The position numbers were made by a program, and so were the translations under genes. A DNA stretch of 64,000 nt, taken from positions 7,254,001-7,318,000 of the forward strand of contig OX597815.1 of assembly GCA_951406725.2 (NCBI GenBank), written 5' to 3'. This document shows, in pieces, positions 1 through 14,427 of the stretch. The notes beneath the pieces were generated by a model. The model searched no databases. It was not told where the DNA came from and was given only the letters and a program-made list of their open reading frames with translations. This DNA comes from Octopus vulgaris. Its lineage: Eukaryota. Positions within the stretch are counted from its first letter, which is position 1. The number at the start of each line of letters is the position of its first letter.

Positions 1-440
1 GGTGGGAGGAAAGACGAGGCTAAGGGGGTAAAGGATGTCTGGTACGTTGGAGTAGAATGGCGGCGTGGTGGCGGCGGTGGTGGTGGTGGTGGTGGCGGTG
101 GTGGTGGCGGTGGTGAAGAATGTGATGATGGTGGTTGTGGGGGGATATGGAAAGTGGGAAGAGGAGGGTAAGTTGTGCATCAGCAATGTCTTTGTTCGCT
201 TTGTCGTTCTTGTTATCAGCAACGCCATCGCTATCGCCATCGTCGCCATCATTGCAATCATCATCCCCGTCATCGTCATCGTCATCATCATGATCGTCGT
301 CGTCGTCGTAGACATCATCACAAAAAAAAATAGATTGTTTAAAGTTAATCTATCCTTCCATGTCATTCGCATTCACATTTAAAAAAAAAGACATAATCTC
401 TCTTCCACCACCACCACCACCACCACCAACAACAACAACA
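1..440. repeat. Low-complexity trinucleotide tracts (GGT)n, (CAT/CGT)n, (CCA/CAA)n
   Basis: Directly visible; explains the poly-V and poly-P/T ORFs at 65..629. Confidence 0.9.
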
Positions 441-494
441 GTAACACTAACAATAATAAGGCTACCAACACCACCGCTATCACTAACAAGAATA

Positions 495-1105
495 CCTATT
501 TCCTTACTATACTCAGAACGTAACAGCAGAAGAAATACCTATTTCTTTACTACCCACAAGGGCCTAAACACAGAGGGGACAAACGGATTAAGTCGATTAT
601 ATCGACCCCAGTGCGTAACTGGTACTTAATTTATCGACTCCGAAAGGATGAAAGGCAAAGTCGACCTCGGCGGAATTTGAACTCAGAACGTAAAGACAGA
701 CGAAATACCTATTTCTTTACTATCCACAAGGGGCCAAGCACAGAGAGGACAAACAAGGACAGACAAAAGGATTAAGTCAATTACATCGACCCCAGTGCGT
801 AACTGGTACTTAATGTATCGACCTCGATAGGATGAAAGGCAAAGTCGACCTTGGCGGAATTTGAACTCAGAACGTAAAGACAGACGAAATACCTATTTCT
901 TTACTACCCACAAGGGGCTAAACACAGAGGGGACAAACAAGAACAGACAAACAGATAAAGTGCGTAACTGGTACTTAATTTATCGACCCCGAAAGGATGA
1001 AAGGCAAAGTCAACTTTGGCGGAATTTGAACTCGGAACGTAACGGCAGACGAAATACCGCAAAGCATTTCGCCCGGCGCGCTAACAATTCTGCCAGCTCG
1101 CCGCC
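495..1105 (-). mobile_element. Group A tRNA-derived SINE: head plus about 3.5 tandem bodies, some internally deleted
   Basis: Head GGCGGCGAGCTGGCAG begins at 1105 on minus; B-box-like GAGTTCAAATTCC recurs in the units; flanking direct repeat ACAAGAATACCT at 486-497 and 1113-1124. Confidence 0.88.
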
Positions 1106-1621
1106 TTTCGTCACAAGAATACCTCCAGGCCAGTGGGAGAGCCTTTATGTGATCGCTCCATCTGCTAGAAATAGTAACTCATTTTCTCGGATCTATTCCA
1201 ACCTGGACTGCCATTTAGAAAAATGAACACATTTGATAATAAGTTACTTATGCTAAGTTAAAATAATAAAAAGAAAACGGGATGGTCACGGTTGGAATGC
1301 TTTTTAATCGTTAGATGGTAGATTTAATTTGTCATAACCTGATTTAACTCCCCCAGCTTCTGTCTTTAAAGAAACACATGAGGGAGGAAGATTTATTCCG
1401 CTGTGGCCCAGGTTCAAATCGAGACCAGGTCTTTGATTGTCCTTAGACGAGCATCTCCATCTGGTGTCTTTAGCCGAGCACACCAGGCTAAAAGAAAAGC
1501 TTAATCCGTCAAGGTTTTCTCTAATGCTACTGCCTGGCCCGTTGAAAACTGTTGACAGAGTGAGGAAATAAAACGCATGCTACATTGAAAGCGCGCACAT
1601 GTACACAGACAGGTAGGCGGG

Positions 1622-2034
<413 letters not shown>

Positions 2035-2058
2035 ATATATATGTGTTAATATATATAT

Positions 2059-2165
2059 GCCGGACATACTCGAATAATTGTCGATCTCATGTAAAAGTCG
2101 AACCGCTATTTTGGACGAAAAGTTGGGTATTTTCCACAGACCTCGTATAAAAGTCGCCCCTAGTA
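2059..2165 (+). mobile_element. Degenerate terminus of a Tc2/pogo-like DNA transposon
   Basis: CCGGACATACTCGAATAATTGTCGA followed by repeated TAAAAGTCG motifs, resembling CCGTATATACTCG..TATAAGTCGACC-type termini; partner end not found. Confidence 0.35.
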
Positions 2166-2439
2166 TTTCGCGAACAATAGGACCACATTTGTGGGCCAAG
2201 GTACCGTATTATCCTGTACGTAGAAATAACCCTGTTACAAAATTGTGTGGATGGAATGCTGGATGCTTATAGCAAAACACCATTTAATAGCGAGCCTAAC
2301 ACATGTGTTGATGGGTGCGACATCACCATTACTAAAACGTATGCACAGGATATGCTGCAAGCATATTTCTATTTCACTTCTGCTATCTCGATTTCATTTG
2401 TACTGGTTAATTTTTCGAGAGCAAAGAGAAACCTGTTTC

Positions 2440-3050
2440 CAAAAGTCCATTGGTTTCGAACCTATAAAGCTCTTAGCTGAATAGGCGACTCGTCAGACTC
2501 GTAGACCAAAAGCACGTAACCTCTCTATAACTGGAGGAAGGAACAAGTCTTGGTTAGTTAAGGTTGTAAACAAAACATTTCGGAACTAAATTCTACTGAG
2601 AATAAATCTGGGTGAGGTGGATTTATCCTTCTTAACTCGGTTCCTGTTGCGTCTAAAATGAGTCAATGTATAGACAATTACTTTCCCCTAGAAGGCAAAC
2701 TGGGAATTCCATGCTTTCAACGTGAATTTCCTCTGATGACGGCACCGACTAAACATCACCATTTTAGGGTTTAAGAAGGCCCCTGAAGCAAGCGAGTTTT
2801 TCAGGATTCTTGCTCTCTTGGTCAAGCAAAGTTTATATTGCTTGCTCTCGTTGAGGTACAGGTCTTGATTGTTTTAAGGGCCTTCATTTAATAATGTCTG
2901 GAGTACCCCCGTCTTTTGAATGCCATACGCAGCTGGCCAGGGACTTGATGTCGCGCCTCTCTGACCAAGACGTGTTCCTGTTTCCAGTTGTGGGAGGATT
3001 ATGTGCCCCCTCGGCTAACAAATCTGATGAATCGCCTATACAACTAAGAG
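2440..3050 (-). mobile_element. Penelope-like element remnant (GIY-YIG endonuclease C-terminus plus degenerate pseudo-LTR)
   Basis: Minus-strand reading gives SLASCVWHSKD...YKLCLTKRARIL...FLNPKMVMFSRCRHQRKF, matching the Penelope pattern LSxxIWxLK..CxLCLxEK..LNxRxELxSxCRH; contains stops and frameshifts. Confidence 0.6.
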
Positions 3051-3257
3051 TTTTATAGAAAAGCCAAAGGTCACTCTAAAAAAACAACCATCTAAGTATT
3101 ACTGCTCTAATGTTTTAAGAGTAGTTCTTACCGGATTTATGAACTATTGACCAATTATATGTGGTGTGAGTGTGTATGTATGTATGTATGTATGTATGTA
3201 TGTATGTATGTATGTATGTATGTATGTATGTATGTATGTGCTATGTATGTATGTATA

Positions 3258-3329
3258 TTCTACTATAGCCTCGGGCCGAGCAAAGCCTTGTGAGTGGATT
3301 TGGTAGACGGAAACTGAAAGAAGCCCGTC

Positions 3330-3372
<43 letters not shown>

Positions 3373-3590
3373 TGTGTGTATATATGCTTGTGTGTGTGTG
3401 TCCCAATATCGCTTGACATTGATGTTGGGGTGTTGGGGTATTTACGTCCGCGTAACTTAGCGGTCCGGCATAAGAGGCCGATAGAATAAGTACTAGGCTT
3501 ACAAAGAATAAGTCCTGGGGTCGATTTGCTCGACTAAAAGCGGTGCTCCAGCATGGCTGCAGTCAAAATGACTGAAACGAATAAAAAAAC
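3258..3590 (+). mobile_element. Group B SINE, 5'-truncated
   Basis: Colinear with the full copy at 7139-7564 from CTACTATAGCCTCGGGCCG to CAGTCAAAATGACTGAAAC. Confidence 0.85.
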
Positions 3591-3612
3591 AAAGAATATA
3601 AATATCAATGTA

Positions 3613-4395
<783 letters not shown>

Positions 4396-4698
4396 TATAT
4401 ATGTACACATATGTACACACCTCTTTATGTACAACTAATCAAGAACACTAAAGCTTCGGCTTGCCTACATGTGGAATTACATGTGGCATTTTTAACAGTG
4501 TTTCTGGAGACATGAAAGATCACGTGTTTCCGTACGTGAATAGGAAAAAAACCCCAGCATGTTCTGATTATTATAATGAATAAATATGGGAAACACTTCA
4601 TCGTTTTTTATTTTTTGGTGGTGTGTGTGTGTGATCAATCAAATTCCGATGTTCTGTTTGCAAATCATGTTTCGATGTGTTTGCGAATATTTTGAATC

Positions 4699-4760
4699 AT
4701 ATATTTTCACGCTACTTTTCTGGTTCAGTCGTCAAAATAATGAGTTGTATTTTATTATGG

Positions 4761-4791
<31 letters not shown>

Positions 4792-5317
4792 TGTATGTAT
4801 GTATGTATGTATGTATGTATGTATGTATGTATGTATGTATGACTGTATGTATGTATGTATGTATGTATGTATGTATGCATGCATGCATGTATGTATGTAT
4901 GTATGTATGTATGTATGTATGTATGTATGTATGTATGTATGTATGCATGTATGTATGTATGTGTGTATGTGTGCAGTGAAACATAACTCATTATTTTGAC
5001 GAGTGAACCAGAAAAACAGCTTGAAAATATATAATCAGAAATATCAGAAAAGGGGCGTGGCTGTGCCGTAAGAAGCCCAACCACGTGGTTCGGGTTCAGT
5101 TCCACTGCCTGGCACCTTGGGCAAGTGTCTTCTGCTATTGCTTCGGGCCAACCAAAGCATTTTGAGTGGATAGACAGAAGACTGAGTAGTCTGTCAATAT
5201 ATGTATGTATGTATGTATTATGTATGTATGTGTGTATGCATGTATGTATGTTTGTATGACTGTATGTATGTATGTATTATGTATGTATGTATGTATGTAT
5301 GTATGTATGCATGTATG

Positions 5318-5348
<31 letters not shown>

Positions 5349-5466
5349 GTATGTATGTATGTATGTATGTATGCATGGATGTATGCATGTATGTATGTAT
5401 GTGTGTATGTGTGCAGTGAAACATAACTCATTATTTTGACGAGTGAACCAGAAAAACAGCTTGAAA

Positions 5467-5472
<6 letters not shown>
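4699..5472. repeat. 48-bp inverted repeat around (TATG)n, with the right arm duplicated 440 bp downstream
   Basis: 4699-4746 is an imperfect reverse complement of 4985-5032; the right arm recurs at 5425-5472; a group B SINE 5' fragment lies at about 5053-5185. Confidence 0.8.
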
Positions 5473-5499
<27 letters not shown>

Positions 5500-6370
5500 A
5501 AGTCGCATGGCTCAGCGGTTAGAGCATCGAGCTTACGTTCGTGAGGTTGTGAGTCCGAATCCTGACCGGTCTGCGTGTTGTGTTCTTGAGCAAGACACTT
5601 TATTTCACGTTGCTCCAGTCCACTCAGCTTTTATAGAAGCTGCACCTACACACACACAAACACACACACACGCACACATATACATGCATACATACATACA
5701 GACAGACAGACAGACAGAGACCAATTCGATATTTAATTCTAATGTAATATGGAGGTAGTCAAACTACATCAATCGGCCAATATTCTTTAAAAAAAATGTC
5801 CTTCACTTCTTCCTAGTCCCATGTATTTCTACTTTACCATATTTGCTAACAGAGAAAAATGCATCGTTCCTATACAGGAGGCCACCCAAGAGAATCGCGA
5901 AATCTTTATATAAATTACGCAATATATATACTCACCCAATGGAGTGGGGGTGTTGTTGTAGAAATAAATTGATGAGTTAGGTAACATAATAAAACACATT
6001 AATATGTTCTATACCATTATGTCATACCCGGAATTTGATTATTACCCAATATTCTTTGGGAGGCGGAATGGCACAGTGGTTAGAGCAGCGGAGGAAAAGT
6101 CTTTGAAGTATTTCTTCTGATTCTCTGCGTTCTTCATTCAACTCAGCTTTTCCGTTCATCCTTCGGCAATCGATAAAATGAAAATATCAATCAAGTGCTA
6201 ATGCCAATATAATTGATTGTTCATTTCTCCCAAAATTTGAGGCTTTATGCCTTATCTATCAAACCAATACTATTCTGCATTACGGAATATATCACCGAAC
6301 CTTATAGCATACACCACGCGATATTACATCATCGTACTGCAATATACACTGCATTACACAATATATTACA

Positions 6371-6759
6371 CTAGCAGTATCGCCCGGCGTTGCTCGTGTT
6401 TGTAAGGTAAATAACTATATAAGCATTTTTAGAGATGTAAAGTATAATAGCCATGGCTAACCACAAAGGAAGGGGGTGTTACTGTAGCTTTTTACGTTCT
6501 GAGATTTAATAATAAATTTTTAGAGAGTTACTTCCCTTGTATATGCCAAAAATGCATTAAAAATGGGAAAAATTGATGGTAAATTTTTTTGAAAATCGTA
6601 ACTCATCGTAGACGCGCGCTAATACCCAGAAGGGCTCGATATGAATCCCGACTATAAGATACCCGGTTTTGGTTAAACTGGACCGCAAAATGTGGGAGTA
6701 GTTAGGAATCTAAATCGTAGGAGACAGACAGCACATAACCTTACTTTTATATATAAAGA
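6371..6759 (-). mobile_element. Non-autonomous Helitron
   Basis: On minus: A|TC start, subterminal hairpin (CACGAGCAACGCCGGG), CTAG|T end, no TSD. Confidence 0.8.
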
Positions 6760-6775
6760 TTATATGATTGGATGT

Positions 6776-7022
6776 GTGGAGGCGCGTGGCTTGGTGGTTA
6801 GGGTGTCGGACTCACAATCGTAAGATTGTGGTTTCAATTCCTTAACCAGGCGACGCGTTGTTTTCTTGAGCAAAACACTTCATTTCACGTTGCTTCAGTC
6901 CACTCGGCTGGCAAAAGCGAGTAATCCTACGATGGACCGGCGTCCCGTCTAGGCGGGGAATATATACGCCATGGAAACTGGGAAACCGGCCCTTATGAGT
7001 CAATACGATTCGGGAAGGATCT
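6776..7022 (+). mobile_element. Group C tRNA-derived SINE (head + middle M1 + tail Z)
   Basis: A box TGGCTTGGTGG, B-box-like GGTTTCAATTCC, TTGAGCAAAACACTT middle, GATGGACCGGCGTCCCGTC tail resembling the V-SINE motif. Confidence 0.75.
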
Positions 7023-7138
7023 TTGATTGCCTCCAATATGATTGGTTGTACAGCACTACATTATAATACAACACTATATCACTCTTGTACTATACTATAC
7101 TATATTATACTATGCCAGAGTGACAGATTGTTTACATA

Positions 7139-7564
7139 GGCGTAGGAGTGGCTGTGTGGTAAGTAGCTTGCTTACCAACCACATGGTTCCGGGTTCAGTC
7201 CCACTGTGTGGCACCTTGGGCAAGTGTCTTCTACTATAGCCTCGCGTCGACCAAAGCCTTGTGAGTGGATTTGGTAGACGGAAACTGAAAAGAATTTCGT
7301 CGTGTATATGTATATATATATGTGTATGTGTATGTTTGTGTGTCTGTGTTTGTCCCCCCCCCCCCCCCACCAAAAAAAAACATCGCTTGACAACCGATGC
7401 TGGTGCGTTTACGTCCCCGTAACTTAGCGGTTCGGCAAAAAAAACGATAGAATAAGTACAAGGCTTACAAAGAATAAGTGCTGCGGTCGATTTGCTCGAC
7501 TAAAGGCGGTGCTCCAGCACGGCCACAGTCAAATGACTGAAACAAATAAAAGAGTAAAAGAGTA
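7139..7564 (+). mobile_element. Group B tRNA-derived CORE-type SINE, full length
   Basis: A box TGGCTGTGTGG, B box GGTTCAGTCCC, CORE-like CACCTTGGGCAAGT, internal TA/TG microsatellite, (GTAAAAGA)n tail; more than 10 related copies in the window. Confidence 0.88.
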
Positions 7565-7931
7565 GGCTACATAACAGCTGCCGTAAATTTGCTACTCCCT
7601 TATTGACAGGACGAAGTCCCAGGCCCTGAAATACCCAATCGCGTGTTGCTACCCAGCATCCACACCCGCTTATATGTTGTTGTTTGTTTTTTCTATGCTG
7701 ATGTACTCAGAGACATTTTTGTCCGCATCCAGAAAACTGCTACACGGCGGATTGGCGTTAAGACACTGAGAGACATACTCCAACATCAGGTTTACAGAGG
7801 AACTGTTTCATCGATCCGTCTTTGTTACCGTTATGCTGCTACACTATTCCTCTTGAAACCGGATGGCTTCGTGTCACCTCTATCCTGGCATTCCCAATAT
7901 ACCCTTTCATTTTTTACCCTTTTATCACTCA

Positions 7932-8343
7932 CTAGCAGCATAGCTCGGCGTTTCCCGGGTATGTAAGAGCCCCTAGTAGGCAACGACTAATCCCAATCTA
8001 GTTCTTTCCCTCTAGGGAACGAAGGCGCATGTGTAGGTTGCAATGTCTTCTCTTCACTCGAATACTTCTATGTATATGATGTTCCTAGCTGTCTCCCGAC
8101 AGAAAATGTGTTGCATATTAAAAGCTTAGATTCTCGACCCCATGTCGAATTTATCTATTTTTTCCAGAACTGGGGGAACTTTTCAAAATTTTTGCTGCGT
8201 TAGTTTTGAATTATGACATTGGGCTATGTGTGTGTCAAGTTTCATCAGAATCGGTTAAAAGCCGTGGTCAGGGTGAGGGTACAACCTGACAGCCACACAG
8301 ACACACAGACAGACAAACTGCCGTTTATATATATATATATAGA
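7932..8343 (-). mobile_element. Non-autonomous Helitron
   Basis: A|TC...CCCGGGAAACGCCGAG hairpin...CTAG|T on minus; 5' half shared with 19083-19467. Confidence 0.8.
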
Positions 8344-10089
8344 TGTTGTCTCAAATCCTCACTGACCCCGCATTCCTCACTACACCAGTCATTACACTCA
8401 GTCCTTTCTCCCTTCTGTAATTCTCTCCTTGCTCAAATCTTTTTTGCCGTTATCGACAACTACACGTTTAAGCGGAATGTTAACAGCATCAACCTTACTG
8501 ATTTCAGAAGACCCGCAAAGACCGTTTATACTGCTTCTCCTTCCAGATCTAAGAAAAAAAAAGTGTGCCGTCGAATCTGAGCAGCCAGAAGTTGTGCAAC
8601 TAAGCCAAAAAGAAGGCCGAGAAATTCAGAATTGCCGGCACTTTGGCAAAAAAGGACCTCTAAGGCATTTCCTGACACATCCATGAGTGATGCCATACTT
8701 ATTACTCATATGAATGGATAAAGCGGTGAGCTGGCAGAATCGTTAGCACGCCAGACAAAATGCTTGGCAACATTTCTTCCGACCCTTAGGTTATGGGATC
8801 AAATTCCGCGGAGGTTGAGTTTGCCATACCCCACTCAAAATTGCCAGCCTTGTACCAAAATTTAGAACTATTATCTATATGAATTGAAGAACAAAAGATA
8901 ATATCGTATCACACTAGTGGACAATATCACACAGTATTACATTACACTGCATCGAACGACATTACGCCATTCTACGCTAGAATATGTCACATTGTGCCAC
9001 TCCAAATCACTGGCGGTGAATTGGAAGAATCATGAGAACTTCGCTAAAAGTTACCTGTCGGCGTTTGACTTTCAGAGTTCGAATCGCACTGAAGTCAGCT
9101 TTGCTTTTCAACGTTCCGAAATCAACAACACAAGGAACATACCAAGTAGTGGGGTTAATATAATCGACTCTTCCATTTCTTTCATTTTTGGCTTCATCCT
9201 TGTATTACAAACAATTATTATTGCTTTTATTTAACCCAAGGTCAGCAATGATCGAGTAGTTCGATGATCAAAGCCGTCCCAGCCATGACCTGATCATCCC
9301 GTCTTTTATCCAAGCAAGGTATCTTGGAGTATATTATTAACTGTGTCCTGTTTTTTTTTTAATCTTAAATGTGACATTGGGAAGATTTAGCTACTATTTC
9401 TAGGATGGCTTGTTGGTTGGTTTCTGTATTAAGGAAGTTTCGTGTTTCGGCTCATAGTCGAAACAAGCCTCTGAGGTTGTGATGTAAATAATATAATGAT
9501 TAGTACTACTATAATTAATACTACGATAATTAGTACCACTAATAGTAACGTTCTCGTGGGAATCTGATTAGCTCATATCAGATATGCTTATTATTTGAAT
9601 AGAATCACGACTCACAATATGAATATTGGGGATGAAATGCTCTATTTACTCTGTCCTTGATAATGGTAAATTCTACAAGTGCCTTGGAATTGAAGAAAAT
9701 GCGAACCATATGTGGTTCCTTGTAATGCCATCGCTGGTTTTCTGCAACTGTCTTTTGTTGTCTTCATACTGTTCAGGCGTATTGGGTTTCTGGCTTTAAA
9801 GAGCGTGCAATGTCAGAAGAAATTAAAACACATTTCTAGATATATGGTAAATTTCGAAACCTAAATCAAGCCGAAACAAGTAGTAGTAGTAGTTGTTGTT
9901 GTTGTTGGTGGTGGTGGTGGTGGTGTTGGTGATGGTGGTGGTGGTGGTGGTGGTGGTGGTGGTGGTGGTGGTGTTGTTGTTGTTGATTTTGTTTCGTCCT
10001 GTGCCATCCTTCATCCAGTAGATTAAGATCTGAAATATTTCAGACGGGACCATCCGGTTATATAAATAAATAAATAAATAAATAAATAA

Positions 10090-10142
<53 letters not shown>

Positions 10143-10221
10143 CACATATACACATATATATAAATAAATATGTCTTGGATTCAGTTTACCAGCGTTGTTG
10201 GTATGTATATATGTATGTATG

Positions 10222-10255
<34 letters not shown>

Positions 10256-10719
10256 TGTATGTTTGTATGTATGTTTGTATGTATGTATGTGTGTATGTGT
10301 GTATGTATGTATGTATGTATTTAACCAGAACGTATCTACAACATAATCGGGTGTGTCTTTCTAATTGTTAAGACGGCAGGATGTAATTTGATGGCGATTA
10401 GGCCATTATTTCTAGCTGTTTGTTTGTGTTGATGCTGCTGATGAACTACAGCAGACCAGCTTGTCTAATACAGATACTGTGCATCTATCCAGGACTACTT
10501 TATCCAATACATCCTTCTTAGCAAAAACGATAAAACATGTTCGGGTGCAAGATTTCGCGGTATTTCTAGCAGATCGTGCAGCCACATAATTTTTTTGTTT
10601 TTTTGCTTTCGTTCATATAAAAGCAAAAATGCTATAATGTTAAGTATCTTTTGATTGTTGTTGTTGTTGTTGTTAAGCAACAAGACGGATAAGGGTGATT
10701 AGGTGATGGTCTAGGGCTT

Positions 10720-11130
10720 AGGGGCGGGAGACCCCAGACCTTGGACAAAAATATCAAAACTTTGGTCGTCTTGCTGTAGTCGAGGGCTCTTCGTTGACGC
10801 CCGACACCACTGGGAGGTGGCCCTCGAAGTCGCTGGAAATGGAGATCTCCAGGTCCAAATGCTTGGACGGCAGTATCTTTTGAGGAGTCGAAGAGAAAAG
10901 GTATTCTTTAACTTGGGGAATTGTTCGCTAGAAGTAGAAAACGTGAAATGTTTTACAGCTACAGTGATGCCTTTCTTTCGAACATAGCAAATCAATCTTT
11001 TGCAAATGGCTACAACCAAAAGACAATCGCCATCATTATTTAGTTCATCTACCATTCAGAAATTTCATGTACAGTGAACAACGTATCAAATACTCAGGAG
11101 TCCCGGACATTCCAAAAGATTACTCAAAGG
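10720..11130 (-). mobile_element. Decayed L1/Tx1-like ORF2 3' fragment
   Basis: CLLVVAICKRLICYVRKKG resembles the post-zinc-finger LxAxAKxxIWxxR segment of Tx1 ORF2; weak. Confidence 0.3.
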
Positions 11131-11451
11131 ATATCGCATATTTAGGTCTTGTACCAGTAGGAACTTAATTAGGATATTTTATATTTTATTTTTTTTTTTA
11201 CTTGATTCAGAAATTTTTTTTAGTCGTGTGAATCGATCCTAGTATTTTGTCTTTTAAGAGCCTGGTACTTCTTTTGCCAGTGTCTTTTGCCGAACGGCGA
11301 AGTTCCGGAGACATAAAGACACCAGTACCGGACCGGTTGTCAAGCGATGGTGGGAGACAAACACAGACACAAAGACAAAGAAACACACACACACACTCAC
11401 ACAGATACACACACACACACACACACACACACGTACACATATACACACACA

Positions 11452-11492
<41 letters not shown>

Positions 11493-11589
11493 GTATCTGC
11501 GTATACATACATATTTGCATATTTGCATATCTACACACATGCATAAATGCATACATTGACGTACATATATTAATGTATATATGCATACA

Positions 11590-12000
11590 GGCGCAGGAGT
11601 TGCTGTGTGGTAAGTAGCTTGCTAACCAACCACATAGTTCCGGGTTCAGTCCCACTGCATGGCATCTTGGGCAAGTGTCTTCTGCTATAGCCCCGGGCCG
11701 ACCAATGCCTTGTGAGTGGATTTGGTAGACGGAAACTGAAAGAAGCCTGTCGTATATATGTATATATATATAAGTGTGTGCGTATATGTTTGTATGTTTG
11801 TGTTTGTCCTCCCACCATCACTTGACAACCGATGTTGGTGTGCTTACGTCGCCGTAAATTAGTGGTTGGGCACAAGAGTCCGATAGAATAAGTACTAGGC
11901 TTACAAAGAATAAGTCCTGTAGTCGATTTGTTCCACTAAAGGCGGTACTCTAGCATAACTGCAGTCAAATGACTGAAACAAGTCAAAGAATAAAAGAATA
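11590..12000 (+). mobile_element. Group B SINE, full length
   Basis: Colinear with 7139-7564. Confidence 0.88.
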
Positions 12001-12943
12001 TATATATAAGAATATATTTGTTAAGATATTTCGTATTTTACAAGATTATATACGTATATTTATTAATCTATCTAATTAATTATTTTATTGTTTTTAACCT
12101 GAAGAGTGACTATATTTATATTATGCATCCACGTCACACACACACGCGCGCACAAGCACATACACACATACACACATACGTGTGCGTATGTGTAACTTAA
12201 TCTATATATTATATTTAATTATATCTGTCAAAAGATTAATTATCCAGTACATTGGTTGATTCCTGTTCTAAAGATATAGGCCTGACGTATTCTATAAAAT
12301 TATATATTTATATCCGGTGTACGCATCTGAGGCAGTATCTAATTAAAATAGCCATCTATGTATCATACTTAATGTATATATACTCCGTTGACAGGCAATG
12401 TACTTTAGCTTTCGTCCGAGATAAAATTTCATAGACGTGCTATGTTAAATACTATATATATATCTGAAGGAATCGAAAAATAGTTCCGGCAGCGGCTAGC
12501 GTGAACTCTAGATGCATTTTAGCCTTTTTCAGCCTTGTCAATGATGTGTTCTCATAGTGGCTGCGAAATGCACCCGACGTTTCCGCTAAGCAGCTACCGG
12601 GTCAATTTTTCGTCTCACTCTGAAATATAATTCTATTTTTAACACAGCACGTCTTATAAGAGATTTCATCTCGGACGAAAATCCCAGTATACTGCATGTG
12701 AACAATGTATATACATTAAGTTTGAAAAATAAATGGCTATTGCGTGCAACGAATTTTTATTCAGCTCAGCAGCTATTGGCAATATCAGTGAATGTATTGA
12801 CCACTGTTTCCTATCATATCGGTGGCGACAGATTTCATTTATGCATGTGACCGCAAGTACATGTCATTGATAAGGCCCAATGATTGGTTGTTCCTTGATG
12901 AAAATGCTTTCATTTTACACATTCTTCGTATCCTCTCAGACAT

Positions 12944-13348
12944 ACTCTTTACTCTCTTTTACTTGTTTCAGTCATTTGACTGCGGCCATGCTGGAGCACC
13001 GCCTTTAGTCGAGCAAATCGACCCCGGGAATTATCCTTTGTAAGCCCAGTACTTATTCTATCGGTCTCTTTTGCCGAACCGCTAAGTGACGGAGACGTAA
13101 ACACACCAGCATCGGTTGTCAAGCAATGCTAGGGGGACAAACACAGACACACAAACACACACATATATATATATATACATATATACGACAGGCTTCTTTC
13201 AGTTTCCGTCTACCAAATCCACTCACAAGGCATTGGTCGGCCCGGGGCTATAGCAGAAGACACTTGCCCAAAATGCCACACAGTGGGACTGAACCCGGAA
13301 CCATGTGGCTGGTAAGCAAGCTACTTACCACACAGCCACTCCTGCGCC
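12944..13348 (-). mobile_element. Group B SINE, full length
   Basis: Reverse complement of the 11590-12000 and 51514-51932 type. Confidence 0.88.
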
Positions 13349-13978
13349 TATTTCAGTTCAAGTGGTTTTAGTTTCCAACGACACTTTCTTCTCCCATGAC
13401 TACCAATATGTCTTGGATACAATTTATCAGCGTTGTTGGAGTTGAGCTAACATATCAATGTTTCTCTTATGGTCAACTCTATCTTGCAAATTTACTTGTT
13501 GAGTCGAGCGGATATCTTTTCCTCAGATCATTAATCCGTGGTACAAGAAAGGTTGTTCATTGCTGAGCTCTTGCGAAAAAGAAGAAAGAAAGAAAAAAGA
13601 ATATAAAATAAAAGAAACATTTGTAATAAAATAACTTCTGGTTTTATGTGTTGCATTTCAATTCAGAATGGCAAGAAAAATATAGAAAATAAAACAAAAA
13701 GATAGCATTTAGTGAACTCACAAAAATATAATCACCAATGAAAACAAACTCAAAAAGTTTCCTACATCATAGAATCCCGAAAAATTCAACGATAAACATG
13801 TTGCAATACAATAAAACGTATGCAAGAGAAACTACAGAGTAAAATCATAGAAAAAGCATTTAATATTAATAAAGCATTTAATATTAATAACAACAAAAAC
13901 ATTTATAATAAATGATAGATATTCTGCACCTGGACAATGGCGAAGACCTCAGCTAATATACATAAATTTATTCAAATA

Positions 13979-14354
13979 CTAGCAGTATCGTCCGGCGTTG
14001 CTCGGGTTTGTTTTTCGACCCTTTAGAATTGGAATTTTTGAAAAGTAAAAATTTTGCATTATGTAGCTTGTTATTCTCTTTAAGTGAACATTTTTCTGGT
14101 TGAAATACACCGAAAAAAATCGTAAAAAATAGGGATTTTCATAGAAAAAAAGCACCTTTTTGATGTAAATAATTTTTGGCGTTAACATGGTCCGATTTGA
14201 ATTTTTTCTTCTACGGAACAAAGAACAAGCCTTCTTCTATCATACTCTCAATTTTGGTCAACTTGCGCTGCAAGGCCTCGGAGGAGATAGTGTTAGTTGA
14301 AGGCTACCAAACCTGCCGTACACAGACAACTTCAGCTTTATATAGAGAGAGAGA
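13979..14354 (-). mobile_element. Non-autonomous Helitron
   Basis: Same TC / hairpin / CTAG termini; interior shared with 21985-22425. Confidence 0.8.
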
Positions 14355-14427
14355 TTACAATTTGCATTTAACCATTTTAGTCATTTTTGGCCTTTTTCAC
14401 TTTTTTCTTTGTTTAAAGCAATCAATT

